Shown: positions 28,507 through 38,526 of the stretch, in pieces
How positions within the stretch are numbered: the stretch's first letter is position 1
Layout: every line of letters starts with the position of its first letter
Assembly: GCA_964387955.1 (NCBI GenBank)
Contig: CAYLXX010000001.1
Span: 11,993-75,992 of the forward strand
DNA length: 64,000 nt
Source: an uncultured Gammaproteobacteria bacterium
GTDB taxonomy: Bacteria; Patescibacteriota; Microgenomatia; UBA1406; GWC2-37-13
Direction: 5' to 3'
Notes under the pieces: model-generated
The model's database searches: none
What the model was told of the DNA's origin: nothing
Seen by the model: only the letters and a program-made list of their open reading frames with translations
Translations under genes and position numbers: made by a program

Positions 28507-30588
28507 ATGAAAAAAACAGAGAAAACTCTTGATATCGATGGATCGAAACTTACGTTACAATTTGGAAAATTAGCTCAACAGGCCACCACTTCATGTTTCG
28601 CTCGTATGGGTGATACCTGTGTTTTAGTCACTGTTACAGTGGGTAAAATGCGTGATGACCTAGATTATTTTCCACTTCAGGTTGAATACGCCGAGAAACT
28701 TTATGCAGGCGGACGTATCAAAGGTTCCCGCTGGGTTAAACGCGAAGGCCGACCTTCAGATGAGGCGATTTTAACCGGTCGTTTGATCGATCGTGGTATT
28801 CGTCCATTATTTCCTAAAGATTATCGACGCGATGTCCAAATTATCATCACATTGATGTCAGTTGATGGCGAGAATTCACCAGATATTTTGAGTGCCATTG
28901 CTGTATCAGCTGCCTTACATGTATCTCCGATCCCATGGGACGGACCAATAAGCACAATTCGTGTTGGTCATGTGAAAACTGAAGAGAAGAACTCTTTTGT
29001 GATCAACCCTTCTGAGGAAGAAAATAAGTTCTCAGAGCTTGATCTTATTGTGACTTCATCCAAGGATAAAGTCATGATGATCGAGGCCGAAGCACTTGAA
29101 TTTGATGAGCCAACAGCACTAGAAGCCATCAAATATGCCAAAGAAGCCAATGGCAAAATTATAGATTTCATGGAGTCACTGCGCAAAGAAATCGGTATGG
29201 ACAAAGAGACTGTGCCAGCTCCTAAGATCGATGATAAATTGAAGCAGATTCTTAAAAAAGACTTTGTCAAGCAATTGAATCAACTTATTGATCAAAAAGC
29301 CGAGAAGGAATTTGAAGATCGTGATGCACTCGATGCAGTCGTCAACGAAGTTCATGAACTTCATAAAGACACATATGACTCAAAAGTCATTATGCAAGCA
29401 ATTGACTATATGACAAAGCAGATGATTCGTGAAAGAATCTTGAAGACTAAGAAAAGACTTGATGGCCGTGGACCAGAAGATATTCGTCCATTATCAGCTG
29501 AGGTCTCAATTTTACCTCGTACCCATGGATCAGCTATTTTCCAGAGAGGCGACACTCAAGTTCTCTCGATTGCCACACTTGGTGCTCCAAGACTTGAGCA
29601 AATGATCGAAGGACCAGAAGGTGAAGAGGCCAAGACCTACATGCATCACTACTACATGCCTCCATATTCAGTCGGAGAAACAGGTAGAGTCGGTACACCA
29701 TCTCGTCGTGAGATTGGCCACGGTGCTCTTGCTGAAAAGGCGATTGAGCCGGTTTTGCCATCAATCAAAGAATTTCCTTATGCTATCCGAGTTGTGTCTG
29801 AAGTATTATCCTCCAACGGATCAACTTCCATGGCTTCAACTTGTGGATCAGCCTTAGCTCTGATGGATGCTGGAGTACCAATCAAGAAGCCTGTTGCAGG
29901 TATTGCTATGGGTATCATGTCCAACTCAGATGAGGATTATCTTATCTTGACTGACATCATGGGAGTCGAAGACTTCTCTGGTGAAATGGACTTTAAAGTT
30001 GCCGGTACTAAAGACGGCATCACAGCCATTCAACTTGATGTTAAAAACAAAGGTTTAACAGACAAAATGATCGCGGAAGTTCTTACCAAAGCCAAAGCTG
30101 CACGACTCAAGATCCTTGACGTTATGGTGGCTGCGTTGGATAAGCCTCGTCAGCATGTGTCTAAGTTTGCACCTAAGGTTGTTGTGATTTCACCACCTCA
30201 AGATAAAATCGGTGAGATTATCGGCCCAGGGGGAAAGAATATTCGTAATCTTATTGCTCGAACTGAAACCGACATCAATGTCGCCGATGATGGTAAGGTC
30301 ACCATCAGCGGACTTGACCAAGACAAAGTTCAAGCTGCAGTTGATCACATCGAGAGCATCACTCGCGAACTTGAACCTGGAGAAGAATTCGAAGGTATAG
30401 TCAAAAAGATCATGCCTTTCGGGGCCTTCGTTGAAGTATTACCAGGTAAGGAAGGTTTGGTCCACGTGTCACGTATGGGTAAAGGATTCGTCAAAGACCC
30501 CAATGACGTCGTGAAAGTCGGACAAACAGTCAAAGTCAAAGTCAACGAGATTGATAATCAAGGCCGAATCAATCTTGCGATGATTTGA
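28507..30588 (+). CDS. pnp: polyribonucleotide nucleotidyltransferase (PNPase)
   Basis: Two RNase PH domains, a KH domain (IGPGGKNIRNL) and an S1 domain (GIVKKIMPFGAFVEV). 693 aa. Confidence 0.95.
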   Translation: MKKTEKTLDIDGSKLTLQFGKLAQQATTSCFARMGDTCVLVTVTVGKMRDDLDYFPLQVEYAEKLYAGGRIKGSRWVKREGRPSDEAILTGRLIDRGIRPLFPKDYRRDVQIIITLMSVDGENSPDILSAIAVSAALHVSPIPWDGPISTIRVGHVKTEEKNSFVINPSEEENKFSELDLIVTSSKDKVMMIEAEALEFDEPTALEAIKYAKEANGKIIDFMESLRKEIGMDKETVPAPKIDDKLKQILKKDFVKQLNQLIDQKAEKEFEDRDALDAVVNEVHELHKDTYDSKVIMQAIDYMTKQMIRERILKTKKRLDGRGPEDIRPLSAEVSILPRTHGSAIFQRGDTQVLSIATLGAPRLEQMIEGPEGEEAKTYMHHYYMPPYSVGETGRVGTPSRREIGHGALAEKAIEPVLPSIKEFPYAIRVVSEVLSSNGSTSMASTCGSALALMDAGVPIKKPVAGIAMGIMSNSDEDYLILTDIMGVEDFSGEMDFKVAGTKDGITAIQLDVKNKGLTDKMIAEVLTKAKAARLKILDVMVAALDKPRQHVSKFAPKVVVISPPQDKIGEIIGPGGKNIRNLIARTETDINVADDGKVTISGLDQDKVQAAVDHIESITRELEPGEEFEGIVKKIMPFGAFVEVLPGKEGLVHVSRMGKGFVKDPNDVVKVGQTVKVKVNEIDNQGRINLAMI

Positions 30589-30621
30589 TTTTAGTGTTTT
30601 CTCCCTATACAATGATTTGAT

Positions 30622-32739
30622 ATGGGCAGAAGAAAGAAGGGATTACTACGTCTTCCTTTTTTAACAATCAACAGAAACACGATCTTTAATATCTTTGGCT
30701 TTGCACTTATAGCCATAGGTATCATTACTGGTCTGTCTTTTTTGCAGTTATTCTCCAATTCTGAGCAAGGCGCGATGCTCAACCAAATCAATCAAGAACT
30801 TGTCGGCCGTTTTGGTGGCTTTGCTCTGTTTGTGCCTTTCCTCATAATCTTCGTTGCTGGACATTTTTTTAATACTAAAAAACTTAAATTCATCAAGCTC
30901 AATCTGACGATTGGTACTGCGCTAATTTTTGTCAGTATGTTGGGATTTTTCAGAGCGGGAGCTTGGGGAAAAATGATTTACGAGAGTTTGGTGAGCGATT
31001 TTTCACTTTTAGGAGCGATCATTATATTGAGTATTACTTTTATAATCGGACTGATTTTGTTTCTTGATACCTCAGTCGATGTTTTCGCGCTTTTTATCTG
31101 GAATATGGTCAAGCCGGCGTTTGGAGGCAGTAAAAATAGTAAAGAAAAGGATAAAAAAGTGGAAAAAGAAGACAAAGGCCGCTTTATTTTTGATGAGGGT
31201 AAAAAAGACAAAAAATCACCTGGTCCGACTACACCTGTGCCTATTGCTGCGACTGCCAATGCTACTCAAGCGCCAAAGGGTATGGAATTTAAATCAATTA
31301 CTGCTAGTAAAATGACGACCTGGATTTATCCGCCGCTTAATTTACTTCAGGAAGTAGCGCAAAAAGAGGCGATGCGCGGAGATGTGCAAAAAAACGCCGA
31401 TACTATCGAAAAAACATTGGACAGCTTCGGTATACGCGCCCGAGTGTCTGAGGTGAATAAAGGACCGACAGTGACTCAATATGCATTGGCAATCACCATG
31501 GGTACGAAGTTGTCCAAGATTACTGCCCTTGGAAACGATCTAGCTCTTGCTCTTGCGGCGCCGACTGGACAAGTACGTATAGAGGCGCCGATTCCTGGCC
31601 GCTCGCTTGTGGGAGTCGAAATTCCAAACATAAAATCTGAAATTGTGACGCAAAAACGTCTATTATCTTCGCCTATCTTCACACAAAATCCAGATCCGCT
31701 TCTTATTCCGTTGGGACTTGATGTATCGGGTGAGCCACAAGCTGCGTCTATCCAAAAGATGCCTCATGTTCTCATCGCCGGTACCACTGGTTCAGGTAAG
31801 TCTGTACTTCTCAATGCCTGGATAACCACGTTCTTATTCCGTACCAAACCTGATGAAGTGCGCTTAATTCTTGTTGATCCAAAACGTGTTGAACTCACTC
31901 AATATAACGGCATGCCCCATCTTTTAACTGACGTTATAGTCGAGCCGGAAAAAATTATTTCCGCTTTACGTTGGGTAGTAGCTGAAATGGAGAACCGCTA
32001 CAAGGAATTCTCCAAAGCGGGAGTACGTAATATAGAGGGCTTTAATGAGATAGATGGAGTTGAAAAAAAACCTTTTATTGTTTTCGTCATCGATGAGTTG
32101 GCAGATTTAATGATCTTTGCCCCGGGAGATGCAGAAGAACTAATTACCCGTATTGCTCAAATGGCTCGTGCGACAGGCATACATCTTATTCTGGCTACTC
32201 AAAGACCATCGGTTGATGTTATTACTGGTCTCATGAAGGCTAACATTCCGACACGTATTGCTTTTAATGTGTCATCCATGATTGATTCACGCGTTATTAT
32301 CGATATGCCAGGAGCTGAAAAATTATTAGGTAAAGGAGATATGTTATATCTACCGCCTGATCAGGCCAAACCCCGACGTATTCAAGGCCCGTTCATAACA
32401 GAACATGAGGTAAATGATCTGGTGAAATTCCTTAAATCACAAGTGCCTGAGGTTCATTACACTGAAGAAATTACTCAACAAGCAACTGGATCGATGGGAA
32501 CATTGATCGGTACACAATCTGCCGGTGGCAGTACTGACCCATTATTTAACCAAGCAATTGACGTGATATCACAGTTTGATAAAGCATCAGCCTCACTTCT
32601 GCAAAGAAGACTTAAAGTAGGCTATGCACGTGCTGCGCGGCTTCTTGATGAACTCGAGGCTGCTGGTTACGTCAGCCCTGCAGAAGGCTCGAAGCCGCGC
32701 GAGGTTATTAAGCGCATGTCTGCCGAAGATAAGGGTTGA
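30622..32739 (+). CDS. ftsK: DNA translocase FtsK/SpoIIIE
   Basis: N-terminal TM helices, Walker A GTTGSGKS, Walker B FVIDELADL, gamma winged helix LLQRRLKVGYARAARLLDELE. Confidence 0.9.
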   Translation: MGRRKKGLLRLPFLTINRNTIFNIFGFALIAIGIITGLSFLQLFSNSEQGAMLNQINQELVGRFGGFALFVPFLIIFVAGHFFNTKKLKFIKLNLTIGTALIFVSMLGFFRAGAWGKMIYESLVSDFSLLGAIIILSITFIIGLILFLDTSVDVFALFIWNMVKPAFGGSKNSKEKDKKVEKEDKGRFIFDEGKKDKKSPGPTTPVPIAATANATQAPKGMEFKSITASKMTTWIYPPLNLLQEVAQKEAMRGDVQKNADTIEKTLDSFGIRARVSEVNKGPTVTQYALAITMGTKLSKITALGNDLALALAAPTGQVRIEAPIPGRSLVGVEIPNIKSEIVTQKRLLSSPIFTQNPDPLLIPLGLDVSGEPQAASIQKMPHVLIAGTTGSGKSVLLNAWITTFLFRTKPDEVRLILVDPKRVELTQYNGMPHLLTDVIVEPEKIISALRWVVAEMENRYKEFSKAGVRNIEGFNEIDGVEKKPFIVFVIDELADLMIFAPGDAEELITRIAQMARATGIHLILATQRPSVDVITGLMKANIPTRIAFNVSSMIDSRVIIDMPGAEKLLGKGDMLYLPPDQAKPRRIQGPFITEHEVNDLVKFLKSQVPEVHYTEEITQQATGSMGTLIGTQSAGGSTDPLFNQAIDVISQFDKASASLLQRRLKVGYARAARLLDELEAAGYVSPAEGSKPREVIKRMSAEDKG

Positions 32740-32775
32740 CATATGAAAATTTTTTCCCTACTATAATCTCAAGTT

Positions 32776-32952
32776 ATGATTATTCAAGATCAAGAAGTTT
32801 CGCTGACACGAGTCTTTATCATTGTTGGAGTCATTTTGTTTATCTCATCTGTTATTTATACGACTCTTCTTATAGGGAAGTTAGTAGCCCTCAAAAGAAT
32901 CAATAAAAGTAGCTACGCTGCCCCGCATATGGTCATTCCTCCCACTCATTAA
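32776..32952 (+). CDS. 58-aa single-pass membrane protein (below the ORF-track cutoff)
   Basis: Hand translation gives MIIQDQEVSLTRVFIIVGVILFISSVIYTTLLIGKLVALKRINKSSYAAPHMVIPPTH. TTGACA at 32736 and TACTAT/TATAAT at 32759..32767 lie upstream. Confidence 0.4.
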   Translation: MIIQDQEVSLTRVFIIVGVILFISSVIYTTLLIGKLVALKRINKSSYAAPHMVIPPTH

Positions 32953-33015
32953 TTTCTTACTCATCTCTTATTTGTTTCTATCTCAGCTATTATATTGTCC
33001 ATCCATACTATACCT

Positions 33016-33339
33016 ATGGATGCAGCACTTTGGTTAGGTTTAGGACTTATTGCAGGCGGAATTGTATCATTATTCTATGATGATTCTCTTCTGGCTACAG
33101 CGAGAAATATTGTATTTGGAGCAGTTGGATCGATAGTAGGAGGCGGCTTAATAACTACCTGGGATCATGGGCGTTTACCTACTTTGGACTTTTATTTTTA
33201 CAGCATAATATTCACGTTCATGGTATCTTTGGCCATGATAAGTGCCATCAGAGCTCGAGTGGTTATCATGCGTCAGGATTTTACACCGCTTAAAAAAGAG
33301 CTTATAGATGAAGAGTCAGATACATTAATCACTACTTAA
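33016..33339 (+). CDS. GlsB/YeaQ/YmgE (transglycosylase-associated) family membrane protein
   Basis: Gly-rich TM helices LGLIAGGIVS and GAVGSIVGGGLI. I prefer the ATG at 33016 over the track TTG at 32995. Confidence 0.6.
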   Translation: MDAALWLGLGLIAGGIVSLFYDDSLLATARNIVFGAVGSIVGGGLITTWDHGRLPTLDFYFYSIIFTFMVSLAMISAIRARVVIMRQDFTPLKKELIDEESDTLITT

Positions 33340-34318
33340 GATATTTTTTAATATTAGCTTCGTGTTCTGCCGAAGTACGCGCATAATGAATTCTTCCTTG
33401 AGAATCTGTGATATAAAAAAGGTAGGGAGTATTGGCATCGGCATCCACTACTGCATCAATTGAAGCTAATCCTGGGTTACAAATTGGACCAGGCGGCAAT
33501 CCAGTATTGATGTATGTATTGTAAGGGGATTTTATTTTTAGATCATCGAGGCTAAGATCTTTTTTCCACCACGATTTTTCATCAGGCTGGTATCCTAGAG
33601 CATATTGGACCGTAGCATCAATTTGGAGCGGCATATCCTCTTTTAATCTTCTCAAAAGGATACTAGCAATTTGCTGTTTTACTACTGGAGTTCGTGCCTC
33701 TCGCTCGACAAGCGAGGCTAAGGTTATGACTTCTTGCTTAGTGAATCCGAGTTTTTTGGCTTTTACTTCATGTTGCGCATCGTACTTGGTATCAAAATTA
33801 TTATTCATGATGCTAATAATTGATTCAGCAGTGGCCAGTCGCGGTATAAGATATGTATCTGGGAATAAATACCCCTCATCTGACTTGCTGATAAATTCTG
33901 ACTCGGGTATTTCGAAATTTTGCGATATAACTTGGGCAACTTCTTCTTTGCGTAATCCCTCAACAATTGTCACCCAGATATCTACTGTACCATGTGTTAA
34001 TGCATTGGCAACTTCATAGGCACTCATGGCTGGTGAAAGTCTAAAGTCTCCTGCTTGAATTTTTTTTTCAATGCTCAATTCCTTCACAACTAGATAAAAA
34101 ACCACGCGATTTCTGATAAATCCTTCATTATGCAAGTTGCGAGCAATGGTAGTTAAGCCATCGCCTTTGTTAATGACAAAAATTTTGGCCGATTTTGATG
34201 TCGCATCAGGTGGCAATGTCCCTTCTTTATAAATTAAAAAGCCACCAATGGCAACAATTATGATAAAGATAATGAGAATCAATAATCTTTTGCTGCTTTT
34301 CATATTACTCGATGTCAT
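33332..34318 (-). CDS. mltG: endolytic murein transglycosylase MltG (YceG family)
   Basis: N-terminal TM helix. LASLVEREA and the LQIDATVQYAL catalytic region. Confidence 0.85.
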   Translation of the reverse strand: MTSSNMKSSKRLLILIIFIIIVAIGGFLIYKEGTLPPDATSKSAKIFVINKGDGLTTIARNLHNEGFIRNRVVFYLVVKELSIEKKIQAGDFRLSPAMSAYEVANALTHGTVDIWVTIVEGLRKEEVAQVISQNFEIPESEFISKSDEGYLFPDTYLIPRLATAESIISIMNNNFDTKYDAQHEVKAKKLGFTKQEVITLASLVEREARTPVVKQQIASILLRRLKEDMPLQIDATVQYALGYQPDEKSWWKKDLSLDDLKIKSPYNTYINTGLPPGPICNPGLASIDAVVDADANTPYLFYITDSQGRIHYARTSAEHEANIKKYLK

Positions 34319-35567
34319 ATATTGGGAAATTTTCGAGAGTTATCTCGGCTTCTTTAATACGATAATGATCTTTGGCATGTAATTGCATAATCGGCTCGTT
34401 TTTGGATATTTTTTCATCGAGCCGTTTATGAAGAAGTATACCCGCATACTTATCAGCGGGAGCTCCCAAAAGTTTAGCTACAGTATTGAGGTTATAATTA
34501 TCGATAGCTTTTATTTTACCAGACTTTTTTGCTTTCACTTCCCGGATCATAGCGCGAGTTTTTAATGTTGTTGATGAAATTTCGGGTGATCCGCCTTGTG
34601 CTTTCACTATTTCTCTAAATTTTTTCAGTGCTCGTCCATCGGCGAGAATTCGGCGCGCTTCGTCCTCGCCGTTTTTCTTCTGATGACTATCTTCATAGCA
34701 AATATCCAACAATTTACCGGCCAGTCTGAGAGCTTTTGCTTCAAGCCGCAGAGGCCGATCTTTTGTTTGTTCAAGTACACTAAGTACGTCGCGGGCCTCA
34801 AGATATGGACCGACACCAGAGCCGGCAGGCTCCAAAGTTTCGTTGATATCGACAATAACTCTCATGCCAAAATGTTGCCCAATGGCCTTAAATTTTTTGG
34901 CGACTTTCTCGGCCATCTCAAAGTGGTGAATTTTCATAGTTTTACCAACAGGAATATCAAGCACCAGATGATTGGTGGAAACAGCCACTTTTTTGGCCAT
35001 GATCGAAACAATAATTTTATCAAATGATTCAAACATGAGAGGTGCTTCGACACGAATAATAATATCATCGGCAGGAGCCAGACCCAAGTGACCGTTCCAG
35101 ACGATACAGCCGCCCACATCATCGATCATTTTATAGATTTGTTTCGGCGTAAAATTGACATTGGCGACAAGCTCCATCACATCGGCCGTGCCTGCCGGAG
35201 TCGTAATTGCTCGAGAAGATGTTTTGGGGATAGTAAAACCGGCCGCCGCAATAATAGGCACAATAATCATTGTTGTACGAGTACCCGCAACGCCGCCGGT
35301 TGAATGTTTATCTGCGACAACGCCTTTGAATTTGAGTTTAGTGCCGGTTTCCACCATGGCTTTGGTGAAATAGAAAAGTTCTTTACTGCTATAGCCCTCT
35401 TTGAATGATGAAGCGACAAAATAAGTAGTCAGCACATCGCTTAGTTTCTGATGCGTGATTTCATCCATAAGAGCATAAATTTCTTTGTACGTCAATTCCT
35501 TGCCCAACAATTTTTTTTGGATAGATTTTATTGCCTCCAAATGTTTTGATCCCTCAGCATCATTCAT
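34305..35567 (-). CDS. AMP phosphorylase-like / thymidine phosphorylase family protein
   Basis: DKHSTGGVAG and KTSSRAITTPAGTADVMEL resemble archaeal-type AMP phosphorylase. 420 aa. Confidence 0.75.
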   Translation of the reverse strand: MNDAEGSKHLEAIKSIQKKLLGKELTYKEIYALMDEITHQKLSDVLTTYFVASSFKEGYSSKELFYFTKAMVETGTKLKFKGVVADKHSTGGVAGTRTTMIIVPIIAAAGFTIPKTSSRAITTPAGTADVMELVANVNFTPKQIYKMIDDVGGCIVWNGHLGLAPADDIIIRVEAPLMFESFDKIIVSIMAKKVAVSTNHLVLDIPVGKTMKIHHFEMAEKVAKKFKAIGQHFGMRVIVDINETLEPAGSGVGPYLEARDVLSVLEQTKDRPLRLEAKALRLAGKLLDICYEDSHQKKNGEDEARRILADGRALKKFREIVKAQGGSPEISSTTLKTRAMIREVKAKKSGKIKAIDNYNLNTVAKLLGAPADKYAGILLHKRLDEKISKNEPIMQLHAKDHYRIKEAEITLENFPIYDIE

Positions 35568-35572
35568 ATTTT

Positions 35573-37198
35573 TTAGGTATTTGTGTAAACTTCAAAAATT
35601 CTCTTCTGATAATATTTAACTTTACTAAAAATTTTAGCCAAAAAGGCGATTTCGCTTATATTGAAGACCCAGGATAAAAATAAATACAGTCCAAAATAAA
35701 CTACCGAAATGATAAGTAGTAGAAGAAATACATTAATTGTTCGAGTCGTATCAAGTATCAATCCATCCAGCAGCCGCTCCAAGTAATACGCAAAGATACA
35801 AGAAATCATAGTTATCAGGGCCATTTTGGTAGTTTGTTTAAGAAGTAGGTAAATGCTGAACCCTTTAATACGTTTATAAAGCAGTCCAAGAAGCAATATA
35901 ACTTGCAGTGTCATCGATACCGAAAATGATAGGGCTAGTGACCAGACAGGTAACTTTAACACGACCACAAAATACAAACTTAACAATGCGTTGACTGTGA
36001 TGGAGATAACGCTGATATAAAATGGGGTTTTGCTGTCAAATAACGCGTAAAAACAACGAGTTATAAAATAATACACCGAGTGAAATGGTATCGACAATGC
36101 AAAAAAAGATAACGTCACTGCAGTTTGAACCGTAGCATTCCAATCGAATTTATCACCTCCGAAGAAAAAACGCACAATCGGAGTACGTGCAAAAATGAGA
36201 ATTCCCATGATCGGAATCGTGAAGAAAAATAAATTCAAGATAGATTTCACAATAATTTCTCTAAATTCATCCAGCTTTTTTTCCTGAAATAGCTCGGTCA
36301 AATAAGGCAGAGACGCTTGGCCAAACGCTATTCCAAGTACCGACACAGGCAGTAGTTGTAAATGTTGCGCAAGGTAAAATACGGTGTAAGCTCCTGAACC
36401 AATTAAAGTAGTTAAGGTAAGATCGATGGTGGCTTCGATTTGGGCCACGATTACAGTCACAACTCGAGGGATTGCAACTCTAAAAAAATCTATAACGACA
36501 TTAAAATTAATAACAAAAAACTTGTAATCAAGATTGGCCACGGTAAGAACCGGCAGTTGAATAGCAAAAAAAACAAATGCGCCAATTACCACTCCCAGAA
36601 CAGGCGCAAGTAAATACAAAGATTTGGCGAAAAAAAGTGTCACCACTATAATGGCCACGTTATAGAGAATTGGAGCGAGTGAGGGAATCAGAAATACTTT
36701 ACGCGCTTGGCTGATTCCCGATAAAAATGTGCCAAATATAAAAAAAGGTAACTGGCCAATAAGTAATATTTGTGAATAAAAAACCACTTGATCAATTTTT
36801 TCCTTGGAGAAACCAGGAGTTATCAATGTCATAATTTGAGGCATTAGGAATGTTAGTAGAACGATTGAAGCAAACAGAAGCGACATAATGACATTCATAA
36901 TCGAGGAAATATTAATGCTTTGTTGTTCTTTGTCTTTCTGGTAGCGAATATAAAACGGTATAAGTGAAGTGGTGAGAGCGCCAGTAATCAAGATCTCAAA
37001 AATGAGATCCGGTATCCTAAAAGCAGCAAAAAAAATATCGAGCTGTTCCTTATTGAAATAACCGGCAAATATCCTATAGCGTGCAAAGCCAAACAAGCGC
37101 GAGATGACGACCATGGCCGAAATGATGAGTGTTGAGGATAATAAACTCGTCTGTTGAGAAAAGAGTATTTGACGCGTTCTTCTGAAAAAGTGCAGCAT
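35573..37198 (-). CDS. murJ: lipid II flippase MurJ (MviN)
   Basis: 541 aa with about 14 TM helices. FGFARYRIFAGYF and AFRIPDLIFEILI N-terminal MurJ motifs. Confidence 0.85.
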   Translation of the reverse strand: MLHFFRRTRQILFSQQTSLLSSTLIISAMVVISRLFGFARYRIFAGYFNKEQLDIFFAAFRIPDLIFEILITGALTTSLIPFYIRYQKDKEQQSINISSIMNVIMSLLFASIVLLTFLMPQIMTLITPGFSKEKIDQVVFYSQILLIGQLPFFIFGTFLSGISQARKVFLIPSLAPILYNVAIIVVTLFFAKSLYLLAPVLGVVIGAFVFFAIQLPVLTVANLDYKFFVINFNVVIDFFRVAIPRVVTVIVAQIEATIDLTLTTLIGSGAYTVFYLAQHLQLLPVSVLGIAFGQASLPYLTELFQEKKLDEFREIIVKSILNLFFFTIPIMGILIFARTPIVRFFFGGDKFDWNATVQTAVTLSFFALSIPFHSVYYFITRCFYALFDSKTPFYISVISITVNALLSLYFVVVLKLPVWSLALSFSVSMTLQVILLLGLLYKRIKGFSIYLLLKQTTKMALITMISCIFAYYLERLLDGLILDTTRTINVFLLLLIISVVYFGLYLFLSWVFNISEIAFLAKIFSKVKYYQKRIFEVYTNT

Positions 37199-37240
37199 AT
37201 TACCAGATAATTATACCCTAATATTACAGTTTTTTTCTCC

Positions 37241-37269
37241 TTGACAATAGGATAAATATGGCGTTAAAT
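37241..37269 (+). promoter_or_regulatory. sigma70-like promoter of the dcw cluster (Pmra)
   Basis: TTGACA (37241..37246), 17-nt spacer, TTAAAT (37264..37269), then 8 nt to the mraZ ATG at 37278. Confidence 0.6.
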
Positions 37270-37281
37270 GGTTGTATATGG
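37258..37281 (+). promoter_or_regulatory. three ATGG direct repeats at an exact 10-nt period (candidate MraZ operator)
   Basis: ATGGCGTTAA / ATGGTTGTAT / ATGGTG start at 37258, 37268 and 37278. They overlap the -10 box and the mraZ start codon. Confidence 0.35.
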
Positions 37282-37673
37282 TGTTTTTTGGAGAATATGA
37301 AGTATCCTTCAGCGCACCAGGAAGGATAGTTCTACCCAAAAAACTCAGAGAACTTTTAAAAGGCAATGTATTTGTACTCAGCCGAGGTTTTGACACATGT
37401 CTTACCGGATATGATCGGGATGACTTTGAGTCACGCGCCTCTGAGCTTTTACAAGTATCACTCCTTGAGAAAGAGAACCTTGATAAACGGCGGTTTGTAT
37501 TTTCGTCGGCATCCTATCTTGAAATTGATGATCAGGGTAGATTTGTCATACCCAGATCACTTTTGCAATATGCAGTTCTCGAAGGCAAAGTCATGATCGT
37601 TGGCGTGGGGGACCACTTTGAGATTTGGAAAAGCAGCAAATGGATTGATCATATGAAGAAAATTACAGTTTAA
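37278..37673 (+). CDS. mraZ: transcriptional regulator MraZ
   Basis: N-terminus FFGEYEVSFSAPGRIVLPKKLRE and a second repeat DDQGRFVIPRSL (two SpoVT-AbrB-like halves). Confidence 0.9.
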   Translation: MVFFGEYEVSFSAPGRIVLPKKLRELLKGNVFVLSRGFDTCLTGYDRDDFESRASELLQVSLLEKENLDKRRFVFSSASYLEIDDQGRFVIPRSLLQYAVLEGKVMIVGVGDHFEIWKSSKWIDHMKKITV

Positions 37674-37674
37674 C

Positions 37675-38526
37675 ATGCATACACCAGTACTTTTAGAACA
37701 AGTTATAGAGGCTTTAGATATCCAAGAAGGAGGCACGTATATTGACGCGACAATCGGAGAAGGAGGACACGCGAGGAAAATTCTCGAAAAGCATGGGAAA
37801 GTGCTGGGAATTGATTGGGATGGAGATCAGATAAAAAAATTACAGACATCTCTCTCAAGTCCCGACATCAAATTGGTTGTAGGAAATTTTGCAGATATTG
37901 AAATGATTGCCAAAAAGCAAAAATTTTTTCCGGTTGATGGAATTTTGTTTGATCTGGGGTTATCGATGGGTCAGTTGGCCCAATCCGGAAGAGGTTTTTC
38001 GTATAAGTATGATGAGGAACCACTTGATATGAGAATTGATACAAGAACACAAGTTACTGCAGCAGAAGTGCTTAATACTGCATCGCAAGAGGAGTTATAT
38101 GATCTCTTGGCGCGATTTGGTGAAGATGTACACTCAGAAATAATTGCCAAAGAGATAGTAAGACAAAGAATTCGCGCAAAGTTTGCAGTAGTCGGCGATG
38201 TAACGCAATTAATTCACCAAGTTTTGGGGAGATGTAAAGTCGGTCATTACCATAACACCAACAACACAGCCAGTCGAGTTTTTCAGGCTCTTAGGATGCA
38301 AGTTAATCATGAGTCAGAAAATCTCAAAAGCGGATTGGTAGGAGCAGTCAACACGATCAAAGAAGGTGGGAAAATAGCTGTTTTGACATTTCACTCAGTA
38401 GAAGACCGTATTGTCAAACAATTTATCAAAAATAATAATTTAAAATATACAGAAATTCTTGTGAAACACAAATCGCCCAAATCATTTGAAAAATCGGCCA
38501 AGTTGCGAGTTTTTACAAAACAATGA
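37675..38526 (+). CDS. rsmH: 16S rRNA (cytosine1402-N4)-methyltransferase RsmH
   Basis: HTPVLLEQV, DATIGEGGHA, DLGLSMGQL, FHSVEDRIVK. Confidence 0.9.
   Translation: MHTPVLLEQVIEALDIQEGGTYIDATIGEGGHARKILEKHGKVLGIDWDGDQIKKLQTSLSSPDIKLVVGNFADIEMIAKKQKFFPVDGILFDLGLSMGQLAQSGRGFSYKYDEEPLDMRIDTRTQVTAAEVLNTASQEELYDLLARFGEDVHSEIIAKEIVRQRIRAKFAVVGDVTQLIHQVLGRCKVGHYHNTNNTASRVFQALRMQVNHESENLKSGLVGAVNTIKEGGKIAVLTFHSVEDRIVKQFIKNNNLKYTEILVKHKSPKSFEKSAKLRVFTKQ

Noticed and set aside
30591-30791. 66-aa minus-strand ORF overlapping the ftsK start
   Set aside because: It is antisense to the ftsK N-terminal TM region, with no signals, and the ftsK frame is continuous from 30622.
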